NCBI GenBank assembly: GCA_964481885.1
Contig: CAYZUS010000010.1
Coordinates: 20,426 to 72,347 of the forward strand
Reading direction: 5' to 3'
DNA length: 51,922 nucleotides
Origin: an uncultured Actinomycetota bacterium
GTDB taxonomy: Bacteria; Actinomycetota; Humimicrobiia; Humimicrobiales; Humimicrobiaceae
Part shown: positions 1-7,871 of the stretch, piece by piece
How positions within the stretch are numbered: the first letter of the stretch is position 1
Layout of the letters: the number at the start of each line of letters is the position of its first letter
Translations under genes and position numbers: made by a program
The notes under the pieces: model-generated
What the model saw: the letters and a program-made list of their open reading frames with translations, nothing else
What the model was told of the DNA's origin: nothing
Databases searched by the model: none

Positions 1-471
1 GGCTTTGGTTTTTCCTCGGTGCTTGACCCGATTAATAATTCCAATACTACTGTGACATCAGATTTTTATACCATTATTGCAACCACACTTTTTTTTACGA
101 TTGGCGGGCACAGGACACTGATAACAGGTATCGCGCAAAGTTATACACTTGTGCCGTTAGGCACTTTTACCATAAACTCCACCAGTATGCAGATGCTGGC
201 AAGGTCTTTCTCAGAAATATTTTTAGTCGCATTAAAAATTGCAGCTCCCTTAATGGCCGCACTTTTTCTTACAGAGGTGGTGCTTGCGCTTCTTTCCAGG
301 GCAATCCCGTCAATGAATATCTTTGTGATTGGTTTTCCCATAAAAATTGCAGTTTCGGTCCTTATAACCGGATTTACCCTTGTTAATACTGTTCCGTATT
401 TTGAAGTACTTTTTAAGGACAGCTTTATCAACATTGATTATTTTTTAAAAGCGATGCGCCTGAGGGGATAG
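1..471 (+). CDS. fliR: Flagellar export apparatus membrane protein FliR, C-terminal part (5' end upstream of window)
   Basis: Frame open from base 1 (GFGFSSVLDP...). Polytopic hydrophobic protein directly upstream of flhB-flhA in the canonical fliR-flhB-flhA order. TAG stop at 469-471. Confidence 0.85.
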   Translation, partial: GFGFSSVLDPINNSNTTVTSDFYTIIATTLFFTIGGHRTLITGIAQSYTLVPLGTFTINSTSMQMLARSFSEIFLVALKIAAPLMAALFLTEVVLALLSRAIPSMNIFVIGFPIKIAVSVLITGFTLVNTVPYFEVLFKDSFINIDYFLKAMRLRG

Positions 472-483
472 TGAGCTTTAAAT

Positions 484-1551
484 ATGTCAGAAAATGACGG
501 CCGTACTGAACCGGCAACAGGTAAAAAGCGATCAGAAGAAAGAAAAAAAGGGCATGTATGCAAAACAGCGGAGCTTAGCCCTGCCCTTATTCTCTTGATG
601 AGTTTTGTATTATTAAACGGTTATGGAAAAAATATTTTTGAAAGCCTTAAAGAATATATGTTTCAGACCATCAACAGCCTTCCATACAAAACCTTTTCTT
701 TTGAATATTTAAATGAGGTGGCGACCAACACAATGCTGGTCTTTGCCAAAGCTACGGCTCCTTTTCTGCTTGTAATAGTTTTTATCGGACTTGTTGCCAA
801 CATAGCCCAGGTCAAATGGCTGGTATCATTTAAATATATGGATGATTGGGCACAGAAATTTAATGTGGCAAAAGGGATAAAAAATATGTTTTCCCTAAAT
901 ATTTTTGTAAAACTTGCAAAAGATATTGTCAAGGTCTCGCTTGTAATACTTGTAGGATATAACCTTATAAAAAACAATCTTCTGCAGATTATTCTTTTTA
1001 CAGGCCAGGAACCTTCAGTGGTGATGGAACAGCTTGGCAAATTTATTTATCAGTTTGGATCAAGGGCCGCTTTTATACTTCTGGCGATAGCTTTTGTTGA
1101 TTATTTCTACCAGAAAAAACAGTTTGAAAAAAGCATAATGATGACCAAACAGGAAGTAAAAGATGAGTTTAAGAGCCAGGAAGGTGACCCGCTGGTCAAA
1201 TCAACGATCCGAGGCAAACAGCGTGCGCTTGCAAGAAAGAGAATGATGCAGGCAATCCCAACAGCCGATGTTGTTATTACGAACCCGACAACATTTGCTG
1301 TTGCATTAAAGTATGAGGCTGACAGTGAAGCGCCTGTAGTCGTTGCCAAGGGCATCAGGCTCGTTGCAGAGAAAATAAAAGAAATAGCAATTGAAAATGG
1401 AATACCGGTTGTGGAAAACGTTTTTGTTGCGCAGACTTTATACTGGCAGGTGGAGATAGGCCAGAAGGTTCCGCCATTTTTATATTATGCTGTTGCGGAA
1501 ATCCTGGCATATGTCTATAAGATGAAAAATAATTTTTCGATGGCACATTAA
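484..1551 (+). CDS. flhB: Flagellar type III export switch protein FlhB
   Basis: 355 aa with the N-terminal 'GRTEPATGKKRSEERKKG' box, 4 TM segments and a C-terminal domain with the autocleavage region 'VVITNPTTFAVALKY' (variant of NPTH). Confidence 0.95.
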   Translation: MSENDGRTEPATGKKRSEERKKGHVCKTAELSPALILLMSFVLLNGYGKNIFESLKEYMFQTINSLPYKTFSFEYLNEVATNTMLVFAKATAPFLLVIVFIGLVANIAQVKWLVSFKYMDDWAQKFNVAKGIKNMFSLNIFVKLAKDIVKVSLVILVGYNLIKNNLLQIILFTGQEPSVVMEQLGKFIYQFGSRAAFILLAIAFVDYFYQKKQFEKSIMMTKQEVKDEFKSQEGDPLVKSTIRGKQRALARKRMMQAIPTADVVITNPTTFAVALKYEADSEAPVVVAKGIRLVAEKIKEIAIENGIPVVENVFVAQTLYWQVEIGQKVPPFLYYAVAEILAYVYKMKNNFSMAH

Positions 1552-1587
1552 ATAGTTTTTAAAAAATAGAAAGCGGCAAAGAAGTAT

Positions 1588-3675
1588 ATGAACAGAGTCT
1601 CACTCGGAAAACTACTGGTTTCAAACAGGGATGTGCTTATAACCCTTATGATCGTAATGATCGTCCTTATGATGATTATTCCGTTGCCTGCATTTTTGCT
1701 GGACTTTTTGCTTTCATTTAACATAGCGTTGAGTGTAGTAATCTTTCTAATATCTCTTTACACTCTAAAACCCCTGGACTTTTCTATTTTTCCATCTGTT
1801 TTGCTGGTTTCGACACTTTTCCGGCTTTCCCTGAATATATCCACAACAAGGCTCATATTATTAAACGGCTATGCCGGCAAGGTAATAGAGTCTTTCGGTA
1901 ATTTTGTTATCGGCGGAAACTATATTGTAGGAATAGTTGTATTTATTATCCTTATTATAGTTAATTTTGTGGTAATAACACAGGGCGCAAGCAGGGTGGC
2001 AGAAGTTGCAGCCAGGTTTACCCTTGACGCAATGCCAGGCAAGCAGATGTCTATTGACGCAGACTTAAATGCGGGCATTTTAACCGACGAAGAAGCCAAG
2101 AGCCAGAGAAAAGATATTTCCAAACAGGCGGAATTTTATGGCGCAATGGATGGGGCCAGCAAGTTCGTGAGGGGAGATGCAACAGCAGGCATCCTTATTG
2201 TTGTAATAAATCTTATAGGAGGAGTGGCCATAGGAGCCATTCAGCAAAAGCTGCCAATAATGGAAGCTCTGCAGAAATATGCGCTTCTGACGGTTGGTGA
2301 CGGTATCGTAACACAGATACCGGCACTTCTTGTATCAGTGGCCACCGGAATGATAGTTACAAGAGCAGCATCTGACAGCAACCTTGGCGACCAGATATCA
2401 CTGCAATTCCTTGCTCAGCCAAGAGCGATCTCTATCAGCGGGGTAATAGTCTTTATGGTGGGATTTCTTCCGGGTATGCCCAAAGTAGCTTTTTTTGTTA
2501 TTGGACTGGTGCTTGTCGGAATTGCATTTTTACAGTTCAGGCGCATTAAAAAAGACACAGCAACAAAAAAACAGGAAACAGAGGATCAGGCTAAACTTGA
2601 AGCTTTGCCTGCAGATGATTATGAGGAAGTACTGAAAGTTGACAGTATAGAAATTGAGCTGGGATATGAACTTGTAAGCATAGTCGAATCAGGGGACCAT
2701 GGGAATTTATCCTTCAGGATAGACCTTATAAGAAAACAGATTATTTCTGAAACTGGATTTATAGTTCCGCCAATCAGGATAAGGGACAATATCCAGCTTC
2801 AGGACAACCATTATGTTGTCAAGATAAAAGGTGTTGAAATAACAGAAAACGAACTTTTTATCCAGGACTATCTGATATTAAATCCTGACAACGCCGGTTT
2901 TGAGATAGAAGGAAAGGATACTGTGGAGCCGGTGTTTAATCTTCCTGCCAGATGGATCAGCGCAAAGAACAGGCAGCTGGCAGATATAAAAGGTTATACG
3001 GTCATAGATCCTGTGTCACTTCTGGTAACCCATCTGACAGAAATAATAAAAGAATATGCAAGCGACCTTTTTGGTCTGCAGGATGTCCAGAAACTGCTTG
3101 ACAGACTGTCAGAGACTAATCCTGTTGTTGTAAAAGAGGTAATACCAAACCTTATTAGTTTAAGCGACCTGGCATTGGTTCTTAAAAATCTTTTAAATGA
3201 AAGAATTCCTATTAAGAATCTTGCAACAATTCTTGAAACCATTTCTTCAAAAGCCAAGGTTACAAAGAATGTCGAAGTGCTTACTGAATATGTAAGGCAG
3301 GGCCTTGCAAGGTCGATTACCAAAATGTATGAGAATCCTCCCGGTGCTCTTTCAGTTATAGTTGTTGACCCGGAAGTTGAACAGAAAGTAATCGATTCAC
3401 TGCAGCAGACCGAGCACGGCATACGAAGCATACTTGATCCTGAATACGTTAAAAACCTGATGACAAAAATAGAGGAAGAAGCAAAAAGGGTATCGGTCCA
3501 GGGATTTGTGCCGATAATATTATGCCTTACTCCGGTAAGGTCACAGTTCAAGCAGATTGCTGAAAGGATAAAACCAAAAGTCGTTGTCCTGTCATATGAT
3601 GAGATTATAAATGATATAAAAATAGAGCCTGTAGGAATGATAAGATTCAGGGAATTCTCAAAAGCAAGAACTTAA
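1588..3675 (+). CDS. flhA: Flagellar export gate protein FlhA
   Basis: 695 aa FHIPEP-family pattern ('RVAEVAARFTLDAMPGKQMSIDADL', 'FYGAMDGASKFVRGD'), an N-terminal TM domain and a large cytoplasmic domain. Confidence 0.97.
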   Translation: MNRVSLGKLLVSNRDVLITLMIVMIVLMMIIPLPAFLLDFLLSFNIALSVVIFLISLYTLKPLDFSIFPSVLLVSTLFRLSLNISTTRLILLNGYAGKVIESFGNFVIGGNYIVGIVVFIILIIVNFVVITQGASRVAEVAARFTLDAMPGKQMSIDADLNAGILTDEEAKSQRKDISKQAEFYGAMDGASKFVRGDATAGILIVVINLIGGVAIGAIQQKLPIMEALQKYALLTVGDGIVTQIPALLVSVATGMIVTRAASDSNLGDQISLQFLAQPRAISISGVIVFMVGFLPGMPKVAFFVIGLVLVGIAFLQFRRIKKDTATKKQETEDQAKLEALPADDYEEVLKVDSIEIELGYELVSIVESGDHGNLSFRIDLIRKQIISETGFIVPPIRIRDNIQLQDNHYVVKIKGVEITENELFIQDYLILNPDNAGFEIEGKDTVEPVFNLPARWISAKNRQLADIKGYTVIDPVSLLVTHLTEIIKEYASDLFGLQDVQKLLDRLSETNPVVVKEVIPNLISLSDLALVLKNLLNERIPIKNLATILETISSKAKVTKNVEVLTEYVRQGLARSITKMYENPPGALSVIVVDPEVEQKVIDSLQQTEHGIRSILDPEYVKNLMTKIEEEAKRVSVQGFVPIILCLTPVRSQFKQIAERIKPKVVVLSYDEIINDIKIEPVGMIRFREFSKART

Positions 3676-3737
3676 GCAAGAACTTAAAAATGAGATCAGG
3701 ACATTATTAAATGTTTTTACTTTTTATTAAATATTTG

Positions 3738-3779
3738 CCTGCAGATTAAAGAATTTTAGTCCTGCAGATTAAAGAATTT
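3738..3779. repeat. Perfect 19-bp direct repeat CCTGCAGATTAAAGAATTT x2 (3738-3756 and 3761-3779, 23-bp period)
   Basis: Read directly from the sequence. Lies 38-79 bp upstream of the ATG at 3817. Confidence 0.9.
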
Positions 3780-3816
3780 GGTCCCGGCGATTCGAAAATA
3801 TTAGAGGTGTGTAAAC

Positions 3817-4152
3817 ATGGCAGAAAATCCTATTAAGAACTTCCAGGATGATGAGGATGATAATAACGATATGGAAGAAAATAATGAAAACGCTGCCGGG
3901 GCAAATAAGCCGGGAGAATTTAACGCGCCCAATGATACGGACAGCCCGCCGTCAAAACCGAGTGTCAAAATAAATATGGTGAATTTTAAATGGCACTGGG
4001 TGGCCGTGTTTGCAGTGGCCGTCATTGTGATTTATCTAAGCCTTCTAAATGGCGTATCCCTCGAAACTGCTCTGATAAGGGCCCTGTACAGTACTGCAAT
4101 TTTCTGGGTTATTGCCGAGGTCGTAGACTGGGTAATTCATAAGATGAAATAG
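3817..4152 (+). CDS. Hypothetical small membrane protein (acidic disordered N-terminus, two C-terminal hydrophobic helices)
   Basis: 111-aa ORF with RBS-like GAGGTG 7 nt upstream of the ATG. I recognise no family. Confidence 0.5.
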   Translation: MAENPIKNFQDDEDDNNDMEENNENAAGANKPGEFNAPNDTDSPPSKPSVKINMVNFKWHWVAVFAVAVIVIYLSLLNGVSLETALIRALYSTAIFWVIAEVVDWVIHKMK

Positions 4153-4178
4153 CTTCCATTCAGGGGTATTCTTCTTGT

Positions 4179-4252
4179 TACTGCAATTTTCCCGGTTATT
4201 AAAGAGAATACAGACCGGGCAAATCATAAGATAAAACAGCTTCCACACAAGG
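4179..4252 (+). repeat. Degenerate (~75 % identical) direct duplicate of the last ~73 nt of the 3817-4152 gene (copy A 4092-4164)
   Basis: By-eye alignment: 'tactgcaattttc..ggttatt....gac.ggg.aa.tcataagat.aaa.agcttcca' is shared by both copies. Confidence 0.8.
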
Positions 4253-4253
4253 T

Positions 4254-5117
4254 TTACTCTTTTTTATATGCCAAGGTCCCGGGAAATAAGAATAATTTAA
4301 AATCAGGTGTCACTCCGTGCAGCGACTCCTCTTCGCCAAGGAACAGAAATCCTCCAGGCTTTAGTAAAGAATAAAGGTTTTCGGCCAACAAAGTCTTATA
4401 CTGTTTTTCATAAAAAAGCATTATATTCTTGCAAAATATTAAATCATAAAGATTTAATGATTCTTTTCTGCATGGGCTGAGAAAATCAAAATTTAAAAAT
4501 GAGACAGCATTCAAATAATCATCTTTTATTCTGTATTCAGTTTCACTGCTTTTTAAAAAATATTTTTTTACATCGGCGGCATCCATATTCTGGAGATATT
4601 TTTTATTATAACTGACATCGGATGGTTTTTCTGCAGCGTTTACATCCAGATTACAAGCCTGTATCTGAAAGGACCAGTCGGGTTTTTTATTTCGGAAGGC
4701 ATTTTCCAAGGCAAAAAATACAGAGTAAGACTGAATAAGACTGCTTTTCCCGACTACCAAAGTGCTGATTATTTTGTCTTTCTGCCTTGAATAATTTTCG
4801 AAAATATCCGGAAGTATTTCACTTATTACAGCATCTGTCTGATCAGGAGAAGATTTGAAATAATATTCATTGAAATCCAGTATATCAAACAGGCTGTTTT
4901 TTTCACTTTCATATTCGAAATCTCTGCTGAGAAGGTAGAGATAATCGTTTATTGCTTTTAGGTTCAGCTGCTCCATTCTCTCGTGAAGTTTTGCTGTTAC
5001 TGATTCTTTTTTATCAAGATTAATGAAAATGCCATGTTCCTCATATAAATAGTTCCTGAATCCAAAGAAAAGTTTATCATTGTATTCCGAAATATCGTTA
5101 TTAATGTCTATACTCAT
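4254..5117 (-). CDS. CheR-like methyltransferase-fold protein with a degenerate SAM-binding loop
   Basis: CheR N-terminal helical pattern and C-terminal 'YDLIFCKNIMLFY...LLKPGGFLFLGEEESL'. The canonical 'WxAGCSTGEEAYS' is replaced by 'LVVGKSSLIQSYS'. Confidence 0.7.
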   Translation of the reverse strand: MSIDINNDISEYNDKLFFGFRNYLYEEHGIFINLDKKESVTAKLHERMEQLNLKAINDYLYLLSRDFEYESEKNSLFDILDFNEYYFKSSPDQTDAVISEILPDIFENYSRQKDKIISTLVVGKSSLIQSYSVFFALENAFRNKKPDWSFQIQACNLDVNAAEKPSDVSYNKKYLQNMDAADVKKYFLKSSETEYRIKDDYLNAVSFLNFDFLSPCRKESLNLYDLIFCKNIMLFYEKQYKTLLAENLYSLLKPGGFLFLGEEESLHGVTPDFKLFLFPGTLAYKKE

Positions 5118-5311
5118 CTGCTTATTCCTGTTTGACTATTAAAATGTTTAATGAAAAATTAAATGGTCCAAATAACCGCACGATCTCCGTTGACCTTAAT
5201 CAACTCCGGCAAACCCAACCACCTCAACCAAATCATACAATTCCACCGAAACAAACAATCCAATTAATATTATAAAAAATGTATTCAGAAAACTTCCCAA
5301 AGAAGCATTGC

Positions 5312-6205
5312 TTAAAAAAACTTTGACGAATACATTTTTATTACGTCATGAGAGTTTTTTAAATCATCGTCCACCTCAAAAAATATTTTTTCGATATCTA
5401 TTTTTTTAAAGTAAGGTGAGCTCTTTTCCAGATTCATCCAACCCTGATTATTTTTAATATCCATTCCTTTGCTGGATTGGACGACTCCAATTTTTTTGGC
5501 ATTAGTAAGAAGATCTGCAAGTTTTATTATTGATATCATGCTGGTGTCATTGATATCTGTTAACTCGCTGTGATGATATTTTATGGCATCTGATATATTA
5601 TCTGGGAAATGCCATATTTTTGACAGCATCCCGCCTATCTCTGCATGGTCTATTCCCAATATCTGTCTTTCAGCCTCATAGAAGAAAATATTCTTTTTCC
5701 TTGTTTCTTTAATAACTGCCAGAAACTCAACATGCGCATACTGGTCAAGGCAAATCTTGCCAATATCATGTAAAAGCCCGCATATAAATGGGCTTGAACT
5801 GAATTCGATATTTAAAACCTGCGCAAGCTTATTTGCAGTAATTGCAGTCATTATTGAATGTTTCAGATAGTCTGCTTTGTCAAAAGCATATTCTCCGTCC
5901 TGGGGAAACAGCTTAAAAAGCGACATCATGAAAACTATGTTTTTGATCTCTCTAAGTCCAAGTATTATCAGTGCGGAATCAAGTGAGCCGACATTCTTTT
6001 TCAGGCCGTAAAATGCCGAGTTGGCCACTTTCAATATACCTGCTGTAATAGAAGGATCTCTTGAGACAAGGTCAGATATCTGTTTCATTGACCTTATATC
6101 ATTTTCAGACATGCCCATAATTTCAAAAGCAATATCCGGCAGTATAGGCAGCGAGTCGATTTCAAGCATTTTTTCAAGTATTCTTTGTCTTGTGTCTCTT
6201 ATCAT
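5312..6205 (-). CDS. HDOD domain signalling protein
   Basis: 'LPILPDIAFEIMGMSENDIRSMKQISDLVSRDPSITAGILKVANSAFYGL' plus the HD-like 'GLLHDIGK' is typical of the HDOD family. Confidence 0.8.
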   Translation of the reverse strand: MIRDTRQRILEKMLEIDSLPILPDIAFEIMGMSENDIRSMKQISDLVSRDPSITAGILKVANSAFYGLKKNVGSLDSALIILGLREIKNIVFMMSLFKLFPQDGEYAFDKADYLKHSIMTAITANKLAQVLNIEFSSSPFICGLLHDIGKICLDQYAHVEFLAVIKETRKKNIFFYEAERQILGIDHAEIGGMLSKIWHFPDNISDAIKYHHSELTDINDTSMISIIKLADLLTNAKKIGVVQSSKGMDIKNNQGWMNLEKSSPYFKKIDIEKIFFEVDDDLKNSHDVIKMYSSKFF

Positions 6206-6253
6206 TTTAGTTTAAAAAATCATGTTTATTAAAGTTTATTAAAACATAAAATG

Positions 6254-6721
6254 TTATTTTACTTTATAGCTGAATTCAATATAAAATTTTCCGCAATCGA
6301 CCTCAAAAGGTATTACAATAGGCTCCATCTCGTTTAGAGGCGGTATTTCAAAATCTTTTCCCTGTATAACCAGGGGAAGAGATAAAGCCATTTCCTCACC
6401 GGTGATAAGCGCTATCTCATTTTTCATTCCGCCGGCTACCATATTGGATATTTCGCCGATGGCGTCGTTTACATCTCCATCAATTTCTTTATATTCCATT
6501 CCAAGCATGTTTGAAGTTACTTTTAACGCAACAGCCTTTTCAAAATGCGACAAAACAGACATTGTAACCTTACCGGTCAAACCCATTATACCTGTTATTT
6601 CACTGCGCAGTTTTATTTTGTCTTTATTAAAAGGAAGGCTGTCCTTAGGGTCCATCATTATCATTGTACCAAAAACATCTTTGACTATCTTTATGATTGC
6701 TGCTATATATTTTTCTTTCAT
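6254..6721 (-). CDS. cheX: CheY-P phosphatase CheX
   Basis: 155 aa. 'ALKVTSNMLGMEYKEIDGDVNDAIGEISNMVAGGMK' closely parallels the Thermotoga/Borrelia CheX ExxN active-site helix. Confidence 0.88.
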   Translation of the reverse strand: MKEKYIAAIIKIVKDVFGTMIMMDPKDSLPFNKDKIKLRSEITGIMGLTGKVTMSVLSHFEKAVALKVTSNMLGMEYKEIDGDVNDAIGEISNMVAGGMKNEIALITGEEMALSLPLVIQGKDFEIPPLNEMEPIVIPFEVDCGKFYIEFSYKVK

Positions 6722-6859
6722 ACGGCTCCCAACATATTTTATGCCTCTGCATTTTTTTATTTTTTTTGCGTCTCAGGATATCTTTACTTTATTCCAATAT
6801 AAAAAGTTTAGTTAGTATTACAATTTTATGTTTTATCCTTTGCGTTTTATACTATTTTT

Positions 6860-7237
6860 TTATGACCCAAAACATCTGTCTATTTTTTTCTCAAGAGCTA
6901 TGGATGTGAAGGGTTTTGTAATATAGTTATCCACACCATTATCCATAGCTTCCTCCATTTTGCCGGTACTTCCCTCAGTTGTTATCATCATTATAACAAT
7001 CTTTTTTTTCGTTCTTATGGCTCTTACTTTTTTTACAAATTCAAGTCCGTCAAGGTTTGGCATGTTCCAGTCACTTAAGATCAGGTCAGTTTTACCTGGA
7101 TTAAATACTTTTAACCCCTCCACTCCGTCTCCTGCTTCAGTTATGGTGGCATCAGCATACTTGCCCTCTTCAATTGCCCGTTTTATTATTTTTCGCATTA
7201 CTGCAGAATCATCAACCACAAGTATATTGAGCCCCAT
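6860..7237 (-). CDS. cheY: Chemotaxis response regulator CheY
   Basis: 125-aa single REC domain: 'VVDDS', 'SDWNMPNLDG', 'ITKPF'. Confidence 0.9.
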   Translation of the reverse strand: MGLNILVVDDSAVMRKIIKRAIEEGKYADATITEAGDGVEGLKVFNPGKTDLILSDWNMPNLDGLEFVKKVRAIRTKKKIVIMMITTEGSTGKMEEAMDNGVDNYITKPFTSIALEKKIDRCFGS

Positions 7238-7310
7238 AGTTACCTCCCATAAAATTAAATCAATAAAACCAATAAAATAATATTTATTTTATATTATTAT
7301 TCATTACATT

Positions 7311-7338
7311 ATATCGGAATATTTTAAACATAAATTTA
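7311..7338 (-). promoter_or_regulatory. Sigma-28 (FliA)-type promoter candidate for the cheY-cheX-HDOD-cheR-like operon
   Basis: The minus strand reads TAAA-N16-TCCGATAT (consensus TAAA-N15-GCCGATAA/T), 74 nt upstream of the cheY ATG. Confidence 0.5.
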
Positions 7339-7781
7339 ATTATTTTTTTCAATAATATATTCAAATATATTTTAACATAATTAATTATTATTTCAAATTA
7401 TCCCGATATATTTTCAATATTTGGAATTACTGCCATATAAGCTGAATCTGAGCCATTGGGCAGATTTTTCAGCAGTAATTTACCTGATATTATATGTATA
7501 GTTGCTTTGGAAACAGTTCAGGCAATCGGGCATTGCCTTGCACCGATAATGCTCAGGAAACGTTTTTGAAAGGATAATATTGGTAATATTGGCATTGTTA
7601 TTTTGGAAAACAAGCTGTTGGTCAGGTATGGATATATTGAGATTTTAGTTGCAGAATGGCCCACAGTTAATCTTAAGAATTCAATAAAGATTTAAATATT
7701 GATTCAAAAATATCTTTAATAAATGATGAATAATATTTATAAACATTTTTACAAATTTTATTTTACTATTTTAAATAAAAT

Positions 7782-7789
7782 GCCGATAA
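7782..7789 (+). promoter_or_regulatory. Sigma-28-type -10 box GCCGATAA upstream of the chemoreceptor operon
   Basis: 8/8 match to the -10 consensus, 83 nt upstream of the ATG at 7872. No convincing TAAA -35 at the expected spacing. Confidence 0.4.
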
Positions 7790-7871
7790 ATTCTATAAGT
7801 TAAATACATTTATGTGTTTAAGATGTTTCTATGAAAAATAGAAAAAATAAAAAAGAGAAAAAGGAGTCGAA

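Noticed and set aside
4150-4152. Possible TAG read-through or recoding, because an in-frame duplicate of the C-terminus follows the stop
   Set aside because: TAG terminates many well-defined genes here (fliR, the receptor, the CheW scaffold, cheY, the histidine kinase and the [NiFe] large subunit). TAA and TGA are also used, so the standard code 11 applies. The duplicate is better explained as a decaying tandem duplication.
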